A stretch of DNA of 64,000 nucleotides, taken from NCBI GenBank assembly GCA_012729095.1, contig JAAYDU010000028.1, positions 4,260 to 68,259 of the forward strand, in the 5' to 3' direction. The notes under the pieces are model-generated. The model did no database searches. It was not told the DNA's origin and worked only from the letters and a program-made list of their open reading frames with translations. This document shows positions 1 to 9,444 of this stretch, in pieces. The DNA comes from Methanobacteriota archaeon. Lineage in GTDB: Archaea; Thermoplasmatota; Thermoplasmata; Methanomassiliicoccales; UBA472. The translations under genes and the position numbers were made by a program. How positions within the stretch are numbered: position 1 is the first letter of the stretch; the number at the start of each line of letters is the position of its first letter.

Positions 1-665
1 ACCACGTGGCAAGCAACGATGCCGAGTACCCTAAGACACTTTCCTTCACCATGCGTGGCAATACGTCCTACACGCCCCTCAGCTTCAAAGTGGGAGCGGG
101 CAGCATGATATCCGGTTTCGACGCGGCCGTCGTGGGAATGAGGGTCGGGGAGACCAAGACGGTCACCCTGTCCCCGGACGAGGCCTATGGGGACATGGAC
201 CCTTCCAAGCTACTCACCTTCCAGCTCACGGAGTCCGTGCCTTTGCTGCGCACCTTCACCGCCAGCTCCTTCACGGCCGAGTATGGGGCGGGTGCCGTGT
301 CCGGACTGACGGTCACCGATCGGTTCTACGGCTGGGACGTCACGGTTCTGGAATACGATGAGCAGGCCGACCGCGTGACGGTGAAGAACGTCCCCACGCT
401 AAACGCCCTGTACCGCATCTACGGTTCCGGGGGCGAGGGCTGGGGCGTCAAGGTCACCGGCATGGACAGCGGGTCCAACGTCATAACCATCCAGCACCAG
501 CTGGACGAAGGGGACAGCGACATGGTAATGGGAACGTACGGAGGAAGCGATTTCTTCGTCATCGATGTCGATCCGGACGCCGGTACCGCGGTGCGCAACC
601 ACAACACCGAGCTCCTCGGAAAGACCCTGGTGTTCACCATAACCATCGTGGAAATAGTCGATTGA
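1..665 (+). CDS. FKBP-type peptidyl-prolyl cis-trans isomerase, 5'-truncated by the window edge, with ~130-aa C-terminal extension
   Basis: ORF 6..665 stays open to the window edge. 'LSFKVGAGSMISGFDAAVVGMRVGETKTVTLSPDEAYG' matches the C-terminal half of the FKBP fold; the N-terminal half is missing, so the gene starts upstream. Confidence 0.7.
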   Translation, partial: HVASNDAEYPKTLSFTMRGNTSYTPLSFKVGAGSMISGFDAAVVGMRVGETKTVTLSPDEAYGDMDPSKLLTFQLTESVPLLRTFTASSFTAEYGAGAVSGLTVTDRFYGWDVTVLEYDEQADRVTVKNVPTLNALYRIYGSGGEGWGVKVTGMDSGSNVITIQHQLDEGDSDMVMGTYGGSDFFVIDVDPDAGTAVRNHNTELLGKTLVFTITIVEIVD

Positions 666-685
666 TCCGCGCTTTCTCTCAAAAG

Positions 686-1291
686 CTAGGCGGTCCCGCC
701 GCCCTGCCTTTCCGCCCTCCTCTTGCGATAGGTGGAGGCCAGAAAGCTCAGGACGATTATCGTCACGACCATGAACAGCGTCACGTCGACGGCCATTCCC
801 TTCTCCATGTACAGCAGGAAGTAATTGCTGGCGGCCAGGATAGAACCGTACTTCACAACGCCTCCCAGCACCAGGTAGGACACCGATCTGCGGTACGACC
901 AGCCGGACAGAGCCACGAAGGCCCCTGTGAAGGGCAGTATCGGCGCCACGCGGTTCAGGAGTATCATCCGCTCGTCCTGGATCAACAGGAAGCGGCGGTA
1001 GCGGCCCACCACCTCGGAGATCTTGGGGGGGACCCTGAGCCGCTTGACCACCAGGTAAAGTGTGGTTAGTCCCAGCACCTCGGCCACCGCTATAACCGCG
1101 ACGAACACGGACCAGAGGGCCCAGTCTGGCATGGTCCCGTATCCGGCTATGAAGAACAGGACCACGAACAGCTCAGGGAGGGTCGGGAACACGATGGCGT
1201 CTATGTAGAACAGCAGGAAGGTGCAAAGCAGCCACCCGGCCAGGCCCATGGGTGAGAAGAGCGTGTAGAAGGCCTCGCCGACGGAGAACAT
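686..1291 (-). CDS. Integral membrane protein, DedA/VTT-like (putative)
   Basis: 201-aa ORF with several hydrophobic helices. The 'FPTLPELF' segment and later basic loops resemble the DedA/SNARE-associated family. Function not certain. Confidence 0.5.
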   Translation of the reverse strand: MFSVGEAFYTLFSPMGLAGWLLCTFLLFYIDAIVFPTLPELFVVLFFIAGYGTMPDWALWSVFVAVIAVAEVLGLTTLYLVVKRLRVPPKISEVVGRYRRFLLIQDERMILLNRVAPILPFTGAFVALSGWSYRRSVSYLVLGGVVKYGSILAASNYFLLYMEKGMAVDVTLFMVVTIIVLSFLASTYRKRRAERQGGGTA

Positions 1292-1306
1292 CCCATCTCT
1301 TAAGCG

Positions 1307-2485
1307 CTAGCGCTTTAGAAAAACTTTGTTGTTGACCCGGCCAGCCTTGGATTCCATGGCGTACTGGTAGATGTCCAGGAGCCTGGTTGCCCACTGCCCT
1401 GCCGAGAACTCGTTGGCCTTCGCCAGGGCCCCCTCCCGGTACCTTTTCGGGTCCCTCAGCAAGCGCATGGTGGCCTGCGACCAGCTGTACGGGGTCTCCT
1501 CGAACAGCTCCCCGTTCTCCCCTTCCCGCACAAGCTCGGCCACCGCCCGGTAGCGGATGCCACTGATCGGCTTCCCCACCGCCATGGCCTCCAATATCAC
1601 CAGTCCCTGGGTCTCGAACTTGCTGGCCAGGGTCAGCACGTCGCAGGCGGCGTAGAAACTGGGGAGTTCTGAATCGGGTACGAATCCGGTGAAGATGACC
1701 CTGTCGGCCATCCCCAGGTCCTCGGACATTCTCATCAGATGCTCCTTGGCCGGCCCCTCTCCGACGAGCAACAGGCGCGCCTCAGGCTCCTGTCTGCTGA
1801 GCACGCAGAAACCCCTCAGGACCAGCTCTATGTTCTTCTCCCAGGCTATGCGCCCGAGATGCAGTATTACCTTTTTTCCCTCCAGCCCGTACCTTCCTCT
1901 CACCTCGCTCCCGTCCAGGTCCGGATGGAAGCGGTCGAGGTCCACCCCGGTGGGGATGACCTCGAAGCGCTTGATGTGCGGGGCGTACCGCTTTATCTCG
2001 TTCTTGATCGCCAATGTCGGGGCGATCACCACCTCCGCCCGGTGCAGTATGGTGCGCAGGTAGGTCCACATGCCAAGTTGTATGACCCATTCGGGGAACG
2101 GCGTGAAGTTGTAGAACCGGGCCGCCTCGGTGACCATGGTGTGAAAGGTCAGGACCACCGGTTTCTTCAGCTCGCGGCCGGCCAGCATGGATCGGACCGC
2201 CTGGAACATGAGGCCGTGCACGTGTATGACGTCCACGTCCAGCCCGGCAAGTATGCGGCACTTGTCGGTGGGGAACATGGGGATGCGATACCCGGAGTAC
2301 TGGTGGAAACCGACCGAACGGAAATAGTGGACCCCCTCCTCCTTCTCCGAGGGATCGGCCGGTTCCGGGGCGAAAACGTATACGGCGTGCCCCAGCCTTT
2401 CCAGTTCCCTCTTGGTCAGCAGCAGGGATGTCACCACCCCGTCCCGGGTGGGAAGATACGAGTCGGTGAACATGGCGATCTTCAA
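1307..2485 (-). CDS. Glycosyltransferase, GT4 (GT-B fold) family
   Basis: 392-aa ORF. The N-terminus 'MKIAMFTDSYLPTRDGV' and C-terminal 'E(T)QGLVILEAMAVGKP' (EX7E-type) motif are typical of GT4 retaining glycosyltransferases. Confidence 0.8.
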   Translation of the reverse strand: MKIAMFTDSYLPTRDGVVTSLLLTKRELERLGHAVYVFAPEPADPSEKEEGVHYFRSVGFHQYSGYRIPMFPTDKCRILAGLDVDVIHVHGLMFQAVRSMLAGRELKKPVVLTFHTMVTEAARFYNFTPFPEWVIQLGMWTYLRTILHRAEVVIAPTLAIKNEIKRYAPHIKRFEVIPTGVDLDRFHPDLDGSEVRGRYGLEGKKVILHLGRIAWEKNIELVLRGFCVLSRQEPEARLLLVGEGPAKEHLMRMSEDLGMADRVIFTGFVPDSELPSFYAACDVLTLASKFETQGLVILEAMAVGKPISGIRYRAVAELVREGENGELFEETPYSWSQATMRLLRDPKRYREGALAKANEFSAGQWATRLLDIYQYAMESKAGRVNNKVFLKR

Positions 2486-2495
2486 GGGCCCGACC

Positions 2496-3824
2496 TCACA
2501 TCATAAGTCCCGCGATCTTGCCGAGCACGTCCTGCGGGTCGCGGCCCAGCACCCGTACCATGGGCTCCTTGCCAGTTCCGCCGCGATCGTATATCACGTC
2601 CGGCACATGCCCGATATCCTTTATGGCCTCACCGGTGCCCCACTCCATGGAGGACACGCTGTCCGGCTCGTTCGTCCGATCGAAGCTCCCCATCTCCAGT
2701 CCGAAGGACTCGAGGCGCTTCACGGTCTCCTCGGAGAAGCGCAGGTTCATGACGCATCGGACGCCCGGGTCGGCCGCCGTTGCCGCCATCAAGGCCCTAG
2801 CCATATGCCGGCTCCCTCCGAACCTGATCTCTCCCGCCCGGCGTATTCCATCGCCGACCCTCACCAAGCGTCCCTGCACGCCGCATATCTCCCGGTATCC
2901 CTGGGGGTATGGCAGGGCGAAAGCCAGGTTCATGCCCACTTCGGGCACCAGCTCGGGCGGGAGCCGCCTCTCGATGGCCTCCACCGCCGAGCGCACCTCC
3001 TCCATCGCCCGGGAGCGCATGGCCTCCTTGAAGAGCGTGGCCATAGGATTTATGACCAGCAGCCCCTTGCCCACCGGCAAGGCCATGGCTATGGAGTCGT
3101 ATATCCGGCGCTTGGCCTCCCTGGCCGCCTCCGCGGGGTCCATGCCCAACCCCAGTCCGGTAGCGATGAAGGATGATAGGGTGCAGCCCGCGCCGTGCAC
3201 CTTGCGGTCCAGTCGGGGTGAGGCCATCTCCAGGATGCCCTCCCTGGTGAAGAGCAGGTCACGTGCCGCGTTCCCTTCCAAATGCCCCCCTTTCAGAAGC
3301 ACGGACCGCGGTCCAAGGTCCAGGAGGCGATTTCCCGCCTCCTCCAGCGACACGTCGTCGGTTATCTTCATCCCCGAAAGCGTCTCGGCCTCCTCCCGAT
3401 TGGGCGTCACAACGGTGGCCAAGGGGAACAAGTCCTTGGCCAGCGATTCGGCCAGCCCCTCCTTGTGCAGCGATGCCCCCACGCCGGCGAAGAGCACGGG
3501 GTCCACCACCAGGGGGGCCTTGAGCTCGCCCAGCAGGGAGGCGACCGCCCTCACCGTTCGCGGGGAGTGCAGCATCCCGGTCTTGACAGCGAATATGCAG
3601 GCGTCCTCCACCACCGCGGTGATCTGGGCGGTGACCTGTTCCGGCGGCAAGGGAAATATCTCCCGCAAACGGGAGGTGTTCTGGGCGGTGACCGCGGTCA
3701 GGGCGACGGCGGCATGCCCTCCCATGGAGGTTATCGCCTTGATGTCGGCCTCCACGCCCGCTCCTCCCACAGAATCGGAGCCCGCAATGGTAAGAATGAC
3801 GGCCATAGATGGTGTAAGGTTCAC
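2496..3824 (-). CDS. thiDN: Bifunctional hydroxymethylpyrimidine/phosphomethylpyrimidine kinase + thiamine-phosphate synthase (archaeal ThiD-ThiN fusion)
   Basis: 442-aa ORF. The N-terminal 'ILTIAGSDSVGGAGVEADIKA' is ThiD-like. The C-terminal ~170 aa ('EVGMNLAFALP...RFGGSRHMAR') is ThiN-like. Confidence 0.85.
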   Translation of the reverse strand: MNLTPSMAVILTIAGSDSVGGAGVEADIKAITSMGGHAAVALTAVTAQNTSRLREIFPLPPEQVTAQITAVVEDACIFAVKTGMLHSPRTVRAVASLLGELKAPLVVDPVLFAGVGASLHKEGLAESLAKDLFPLATVVTPNREEAETLSGMKITDDVSLEEAGNRLLDLGPRSVLLKGGHLEGNAARDLLFTREGILEMASPRLDRKVHGAGCTLSSFIATGLGLGMDPAEAAREAKRRIYDSIAMALPVGKGLLVINPMATLFKEAMRSRAMEEVRSAVEAIERRLPPELVPEVGMNLAFALPYPQGYREICGVQGRLVRVGDGIRRAGEIRFGGSRHMARALMAATAADPGVRCVMNLRFSEETVKRLESFGLEMGSFDRTNEPDSVSSMEWGTGEAIKDIGHVPDVIYDRGGTGKEPMVRVLGRDPQDVLGKIAGLMM

Positions 3825-3912
3825 ATTCCTAATAATTGTAGCAGGGTCGCTCCGTCGCTCGGGTTCTCCGTAACGAACATTTTATATCAAGGGCCGCTGT
3901 TCAAAAAATCCG

Positions 3913-4281
3913 ATGAAAGCTAGCAGTGGGCACATGGTGCTGAACGACCGCATAGAATACCAGGACATGGCCGAGGTCTTCCCCGAGCTGCTCACACTGT
4001 TCCTGGAGGAGACGGACCAGGTGCCAGAGGACCCGGAGATCATGCAGATGTTCATACACCTGAACATGATGGACCTGGAGGCCAACCGCAAGCCGGAAGG
4101 TTACAATCGCAAGGGCCGGATGCGGCTGATATTCCCCACAAACCGCATGGAGCTCTATGTCAAGGGGTCGTCCAAGAGCGGGGAGGTGGTACGCGTGACG
4201 GAAAAGCTCAGCAAGATGCTCATCCGGAACGGCATGGACCACGAACTGGAATGGAACGCCCTGTCCTGTCTGGAGATCTGA
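3913..4281 (+). CDS. Hypothetical protein (122 aa)
   Basis: ORF fills the gap between thiDN and argH and has a coding-like GC3 pattern. No recognisable motif. Confidence 0.45.
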   Translation: MKASSGHMVLNDRIEYQDMAEVFPELLTLFLEETDQVPEDPEIMQMFIHLNMMDLEANRKPEGYNRKGRMRLIFPTNRMELYVKGSSKSGEVVRVTEKLSKMLIRNGMDHELEWNALSCLEI

Positions 4282-4282
4282 A

Positions 4283-5734
4283 CTATTCTCTCAGGTCCTT
4301 CCACACCTTTTCCAAACGCACCAGCTCTCCCTCGCATTCCGAGCGATGCGCGTCCAATACCGCCCTGGCCGAAGATATCTGTTCCATCACCCTTTCGGGG
4401 GCCGTGCCTCCGGCCGATTTGCGGCGGTGCAGGCAGGCGTCCAGGGTCACATGGTCCAAGGACCCTTGGTCCAGAAGGTCCGAGAATCCCTTCAGCTCCT
4501 CAACGCTCAGCGATTCCAGCCTTTTTCCGTCCTTAACACAGTGCTGCACCACGGCCCCCACCACCTCGTGCGCCTCCCGGAAGGGCATCCCCCTCTGGAC
4601 CAGGTGGTCCGCCAGGTCGGTGGCGTTCAGGAAACCGTCCGCGCAGGCCTTCGCCATGCGCTCCCGGTCGAACGCGAGCTCCCGGTACATCGGTCCGACC
4701 ATGAACAGGCAGGAGGTAAGCGTCTCGTAGCTGGAGAACACCGATGCCTTGTCCTCCTGCATGTCCCGGTTGTAGCTCAGGGGAAGCCCCTTCATGACGA
4801 CGAGCAGCTGCATCAGGTTCCCCACGGCCACGGAGCTGCGCCCCCTGACCAGCTCTGCCACGTCCGGGTTCTTCTTCTGGGGCATGATGGAGCTGCCGGT
4901 GGCGAAGGCGTCAGGCATCTCGGCGAAGCGAAACTCCGGCGACGTCCAAAGCACCAGCTCCTCGCCCATGCTGCTCAGGTGCACCATGGTCTGGGCGCAG
5001 TCGTAGGCGAACTCCAGGGCGAAGTCCCTGTCGCTCACGGTGTCCATGGCGTTGTCCGTGGGACGATCGAATCCCAGCAGTTCCGCCGTCAGGCCCCGGT
5101 CCACAGGGTGCCCCGTCCCGGCAAGGGCCCCGGCGCCAAGGGGACACTGGTTCAGGCGCTTGTAGGCGTCCAGGAACCTTTCGGCGTCCCTCTGCAGCCG
5201 GAACACGTGCGCCATGAGGTGGAACCCAAGGGAAACGGGCTGGGCGTGCTGCAGGTGGGTGAAACCCGGCATGATTGTCTCGGTCTCCCTCTCGGCAAGG
5301 TCGATCATCTCCGATCGAACGTCGAGCAGGAGGGACACAGTCTCCAGTATCGCATCCCTCACGAACATGCGGAGGTCCGTGGATACCTGGTCGTTACGGC
5401 TCCTCGCCGTGTGCAGGCGCTTCCCCGCCTCCCCGGCCCTTTGGGTGAGCATGTGCTCCACGTTGGTGTGCACGTCCTCCAGGTCCGGGGAGAGGTCCAA
5501 GTTCCCCGCTTCAAGCTCGGCTAGCAGCTGCTTCAGGCCTTCCACCAGCAGCTCGGTCTCGTGCTCCAGGACCATCCCTGTCGCCCCCAGCATCCTAGCA
5601 TGGGCCAGGGAACCCACTATGTCGTACCAGGCGAGCCTGGTGTCCACGGAAAGGGAGGAGGTGAAGGACAGGGTCATCTGGGACGGGCCCTCGGCGAAAC
5701 GACCTGACCATAGCTGCTTCTCGGCCATGCGCAT
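4283..5734 (-). CDS. argH: Argininosuccinate lyase
   Basis: 'LWSGRF...SLSVDTRLAWYDI...GSSIMPQKKNPD' fumarate-lyase/ArgH signature. The start was moved to the internal ATG at 5734, whose codon overlaps the argG stop (TGATG). Confidence 0.9.
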   Translation of the reverse strand: MRMAEKQLWSGRFAEGPSQMTLSFTSSLSVDTRLAWYDIVGSLAHARMLGATGMVLEHETELLVEGLKQLLAELEAGNLDLSPDLEDVHTNVEHMLTQRAGEAGKRLHTARSRNDQVSTDLRMFVRDAILETVSLLLDVRSEMIDLAERETETIMPGFTHLQHAQPVSLGFHLMAHVFRLQRDAERFLDAYKRLNQCPLGAGALAGTGHPVDRGLTAELLGFDRPTDNAMDTVSDRDFALEFAYDCAQTMVHLSSMGEELVLWTSPEFRFAEMPDAFATGSSIMPQKKNPDVAELVRGRSSVAVGNLMQLLVVMKGLPLSYNRDMQEDKASVFSSYETLTSCLFMVGPMYRELAFDRERMAKACADGFLNATDLADHLVQRGMPFREAHEVVGAVVQHCVKDGKRLESLSVEELKGFSDLLDQGSLDHVTLDACLHRRKSAGGTAPERVMEQISSARAVLDAHRSECEGELVRLEKVWKDLRE

Positions 5735-6951
5735 CACTTCTTCTGGGCCTTGGCCACGGTGCGCAACGGGAGCCCCCAAACATAGATGAAGCCCTCCGCG
5801 GACCGGTGGTCGAAATGGTCGCCGTCGGCATAGGTCGCCAGTCCGGTGTCGTACAGCGAGTGCGGAGAGGATCGGCCCACGACGGTGGCGCTGCCCTTGT
5901 AGAGCTTCACCCTGACGGTGCCCTCCACGAACTCCTGGGTCTTGTCCACGAAGGCCATCAGGGCCTCCGCGAGCGGGGAGAACCAGAGCCCGTCATACGC
6001 CAGCTCGGAGAAGCGCTGCTCCACGCCGCGCTTATAGCTGAACAGGTCCTTGGTCAGCACCATCTTCTCCAGGTCCCTGTGCGCGTTTATCAGTATCACT
6101 GCCGCCGGGCACTCGTATATCTCCCGGGACTTGATACCCACCAGGCGGTCCTCTATGTGGTCAACCCGGCCGCACCCGTGCTCCCCGCCCAGCTGGTTGA
6201 GCTTCTTGACGATATCGGTGAGTGGCATGCGCTTCTTCTTGTCCAGTCCGACCGGCACGCCCTTCCTGAAGTGAACGTCCACGTACTCCGGGCTGTCCGG
6301 GGCGTCCTCCGGGTCCACGGTCCACTCGTAGGCGTCCTTCGGTGGCTCGGCCATGGCGTCCTCCAGGATGCCGCACTCGCAGCTGCGCCCCCATATGTTC
6401 TCGTCAGTGCTGTAAGGGCACTCCTTCTTGACCTTTATGGGCACATCGTTCTGCCTGGCATACTCTATCTCGTCCTCCCTGGTCATGACCCATTCCCGCA
6501 TAGGCGCTATGATCTTCAGTTCCGGGTCGAGGGCTGCGATGCTGACGTCGAAGCGCACCTGGTCGTTTCCTTTAGCCGTGCATCCGTGGGCTATGTACTT
6601 GGCGCCCTCCTTTTTGGCTATGTCCACCATTATCTTGGCTATCAGCGGCCGGGCGATGGCCGTGGCCAGGGGGTAGGTGCCCATGTACAGGGCGTTGGCC
6701 TTGAGGGACGGCCCTATGTAATCCTTGACGAAATCATCGGTGGCGTCGATGGCGTAGGCCTGAACGGCCCCGATCTCGACCGCCCGGTCGACCGCCTCCT
6801 GGAGGTCCCCGGGCTGTCCAACGTTTATGCTCACCGCGATGACCTCAAGATCGTACTTCTGCTGCAACCACCGGATGGCCACGGACGTGTCCAGACCGCC
6901 GGAATATGCCAGGACCACTTTGTCACGAACCTTCTTTGAGCGAGATGCCAT
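5734..6951 (-). CDS. argG: Argininosuccinate synthase
   Basis: 'VVLAYSGGLDTSVAIRWL' PP-loop and 'GCTAKGNDQVRF' motifs. The start is set at ATG 6951 (MASRSKK...); the 49-codon upstream extension in the track has no homology-like content. Confidence 0.9.
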   Translation of the reverse strand: MASRSKKVRDKVVLAYSGGLDTSVAIRWLQQKYDLEVIAVSINVGQPGDLQEAVDRAVEIGAVQAYAIDATDDFVKDYIGPSLKANALYMGTYPLATAIARPLIAKIMVDIAKKEGAKYIAHGCTAKGNDQVRFDVSIAALDPELKIIAPMREWVMTREDEIEYARQNDVPIKVKKECPYSTDENIWGRSCECGILEDAMAEPPKDAYEWTVDPEDAPDSPEYVDVHFRKGVPVGLDKKKRMPLTDIVKKLNQLGGEHGCGRVDHIEDRLVGIKSREIYECPAAVILINAHRDLEKMVLTKDLFSYKRGVEQRFSELAYDGLWFSPLAEALMAFVDKTQEFVEGTVRVKLYKGSATVVGRSSPHSLYDTGLATYADGDHFDHRSAEGFIYVWGLPLRTVAKAQKK

Positions 6952-7087
6952 GTGAATCTGCGCCGTTGAAGCGACCGTGCATATTAATCTGAAACGGCGG
7001 AAGGTGGACATTGTAAGGCCTGGATGTTCATAATCGGACAGAGGCCCCTCGGCCCGCGATGAGGCTCGAAGGGATCGCCGCTCCCGC

Positions 7088-7161
7088 TTATGACCCATAT
7101 CCTACACCGGGGCCGAAAATGTCTCGTTTGGGTCATAACTCTTAATAAACCAACTCTTAAT
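7088..7161. promoter_or_regulatory. Candidate operator/promoter element in the divergent argG/argC spacer
   Basis: TTATGACCCA (7088-7097) and its exact reverse complement TGGGTCATAA (7129-7138) are 31 nt apart. They are followed by AACTCTTAAT twice (7137-7146, 7152-7161) within the A/T-rich stretch upstream of argC. Confidence 0.35.
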
Positions 7162-7194
7162 CCGGCACACTCCAATGGTTAGCGAGGGAGCATT

Positions 7195-8211
7195 ATGATA
7201 AAGGCAGCTGTGGTCGGAGGTTCCGGTTACATCGGCGGGGAGCTGACGCGTCTTCTCAGCCGACATCCCAGGATATCCCTGGAGGCGATCACGTCCCGGC
7301 AGTTGGCCGGTCAGCAGGTGGCGGACACCCACCCGTTCCTTCGCGGCTACGTGGACCTGGAGTTCAGCGGCTCCATCACCGGTGAGGGCATGGACGTGGT
7401 GTTCCTGGCGACCCCGCACGGCGCCTCCATGAAGCTGGCGCCCGAGATCGCGCGCAGCGGCGCCAAGGTCATAGACCTCAGCGGGGACTACCGGCTCAAG
7501 GACCCCTCCACGTACAAGAAATGGTACGGGCACGAGCACACCGATCCGGTGAACCTCGGAAAGGCTGTGTACGGCATGAACGAGCTTTACCAGGACGATA
7601 TAGCCGAGGCCGACTTCATAGCCAATCCCGGCTGCTATCCCACCTGCTCCACGCTAGGGCTGGCGCCCCTGTTCTCCGATCGTCTGGTGGAGGGGTGGGT
7701 GTTCATAGACGCCAAGAGCGGGACGTCCGGGGGAGGGGTGGAGCCGACCAAGGCCACCCACCATCCAAGGTGCGGCGCCAGTGTGAATCCGTACAAGGTT
7801 GGCAGCCATCGTCACACGCCAGAAATAGCCCAGACCCTGGGCTTGCTGCAGGGCGATCCGGCCGAGGTGGTGTTCACCCCTCATCTCATACCCGTCGTGC
7901 GCGGAATGCTCTGCACCATGTACCTGAAGCTGAACTCCGACATAACCAAGCAGGAACTTCTGGACATGTACGCCGAGTTCTTCCGCAGGAAGCGCTTCGT
8001 GCGCATCACGGACGTGCCGTGGATGCAGGCGGTCATCGGCTCGAACCATTGCGAGGTGGGACTGGAGGTCGTCGACCGCAGGAACGTGGTGGTCATGAGC
8101 GCCATAGACAATCTGGTAAAGGGAGGGGCCGGGCAGGCGGTGCAGAACTGCAACACCATGTTCGGATTGCCCGAGGAAATGGGATTGGACTTCCCGGGAT
8201 TGGGGGTTTGA
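7195..8211 (+). CDS. argC: N-acetyl-gamma-glutamyl-phosphate reductase
   Basis: 'VVGGSGYIGGEL' NAD(P)-binding N-terminus and 'ANPGCYPT' active-site Cys motif. Confidence 0.9.
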   Translation: MIKAAVVGGSGYIGGELTRLLSRHPRISLEAITSRQLAGQQVADTHPFLRGYVDLEFSGSITGEGMDVVFLATPHGASMKLAPEIARSGAKVIDLSGDYRLKDPSTYKKWYGHEHTDPVNLGKAVYGMNELYQDDIAEADFIANPGCYPTCSTLGLAPLFSDRLVEGWVFIDAKSGTSGGGVEPTKATHHPRCGASVNPYKVGSHRHTPEIAQTLGLLQGDPAEVVFTPHLIPVVRGMLCTMYLKLNSDITKQELLDMYAEFFRRKRFVRITDVPWMQAVIGSNHCEVGLEVVDRRNVVVMSAIDNLVKGGAGQAVQNCNTMFGLPEEMGLDFPGLGV

Positions 8212-8213
8212 AC

Positions 8214-9440
8214 ATGGAGGTCATCGATGGGGGCATAACCTCTCCGAAGGGGTTCAAGGCGGCCGGCGTGCACTGCGGTATAAAGAAGGAAAGGCTCGAT
8301 CTGGCCATGATATATTCAGAGGTCCCGGCCAAGTGCGCGATCGCCTATACACAGAACAAGGTCAGGGCCGCGCCGATCGAGGTCATGATGAAGAAGGACC
8401 CCAACACGCTGCAGGCTTTCACGATCAACAGCGGCAACGCCAACGCCATAACCGGCGTGCAGGGGGTATACGACGCCAATCAGATGGTGTCCATGACCGC
8501 CCAGGCGCTGGGGATCAAGGACACGCTCGTGGGGGTGGCCTCCACCGGGGTCATATCCCGGTTCCTGCCCATGGACAAGATATCCACAGGCATTCCCAAT
8601 GCCGTTCGGTCCCTAGGAAAGGGCGAGGAGGCCGACGACACGACGGCCAGGGCCATAATGACCACGGATACGGTCAAGAAGCAGGCCGCCTGCAGGGTGA
8701 CCCTCAAGGACGGAACCGTGGTGACCATAGCTGGCATGACCAAGGGCAGCGGGATGATATCCCCAGCCATGAAGGTATTGCACGCCACCACACTGACCTT
8801 CATGGTCACCGACGCCCAGATGTCAAAGAACTTCAACCGCCGTTGGCAGGACGTCATGGACGTCAGCTTCAACGTCATCAGCGTGGACGGCGATCAGAGC
8901 ACCAACGACATCTCCGTGTTCTTGGCCAACGGGATGGCCGGCGGAAGGCCGGCAGACGACGACCCATCCTTCTGGGAAGGGGTCAGGTACGTCGCCCAGC
9001 AACTGGCCAAGAAGATCGTGATAGACGGAGAGGGCGCCACCAAGCTCATCGAGGTCATGGTGCGCGGGGCCAAGAACCCCGTGCAGGCCCGGTCCGCCGC
9101 CCGCGCTATCATCGCATCCTCCCTGGTCAAGACCGCCATGTTCGGGGCGGACCCCAACTTCGGACGCATACTGGCCGCGCTGGGAAACTCGGAGGCGGAG
9201 TTCAACCTCGGCAAGGTCAAGCTTGTACTGCGTAGCAACGGCGATTCCGTGACACTGTTCGAGGACGGGACTCCCACCATGGTCGCTGGCAGCGAGGTGG
9301 AGGCCAAGGCCCATCAGGTACTGTCGCACAAGAAGGTCATCATCGACCTGGACCTGAACAACGGCTACTCCACCGGGGAAGCCTGGGGCTGCGACCTCAG
9401 CTACGATTATGTGAAGATCAACGCCATGTACACCACGTGA
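8214..9440 (+). CDS. argJ: Glutamate N-acetyltransferase / amino-acid acetyltransferase (ornithine acetyltransferase)
   Basis: 'GFKAAGVHCGIKK...' N-terminus, 'GMISPAMKVLHATTLTFM' autoprocessing region (ATML/ATTL type) and 'YVKINAMYTT' C-terminus. The start ATG 8214 lies 2 nt after the argC stop. The upstream 231 codons of track ORF 7521.. overlap argC out of frame. Confidence 0.9.
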   Translation: MEVIDGGITSPKGFKAAGVHCGIKKERLDLAMIYSEVPAKCAIAYTQNKVRAAPIEVMMKKDPNTLQAFTINSGNANAITGVQGVYDANQMVSMTAQALGIKDTLVGVASTGVISRFLPMDKISTGIPNAVRSLGKGEEADDTTARAIMTTDTVKKQAACRVTLKDGTVVTIAGMTKGSGMISPAMKVLHATTLTFMVTDAQMSKNFNRRWQDVMDVSFNVISVDGDQSTNDISVFLANGMAGGRPADDDPSFWEGVRYVAQQLAKKIVIDGEGATKLIEVMVRGAKNPVQARSAARAIIASSLVKTAMFGADPNFGRILAALGNSEAEFNLGKVKLVLRSNGDSVTLFEDGTPTMVAGSEVEAKAHQVLSHKKVIIDLDLNNGYSTGEAWGCDLSYDYVKINAMYTT

Positions 9441-9444
9441 TGAG

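Noticed and set aside
7521-8213. N-terminal extensions of track ORFs upstream of the starts I chose. These are argJ 7521-8213, cupin 13087-13611, glnK 26456-26749, cooC 35173-35712, PP-loop fusion 45031-45312, glyA 53519-53782, argG 6952-7098, argH 5735-5779, amt 27784-27819 and helicase 53662-53727.
   Set aside because: Most of these extensions overlap the neighbouring gene out of frame or on the opposite strand; the short ones run into spacer sequence. They are compositionally odd and precede an internal ATG that aligns with the conserved family N-terminus. That ATG often forms an ATGA/TGATG junction with the upstream gene.
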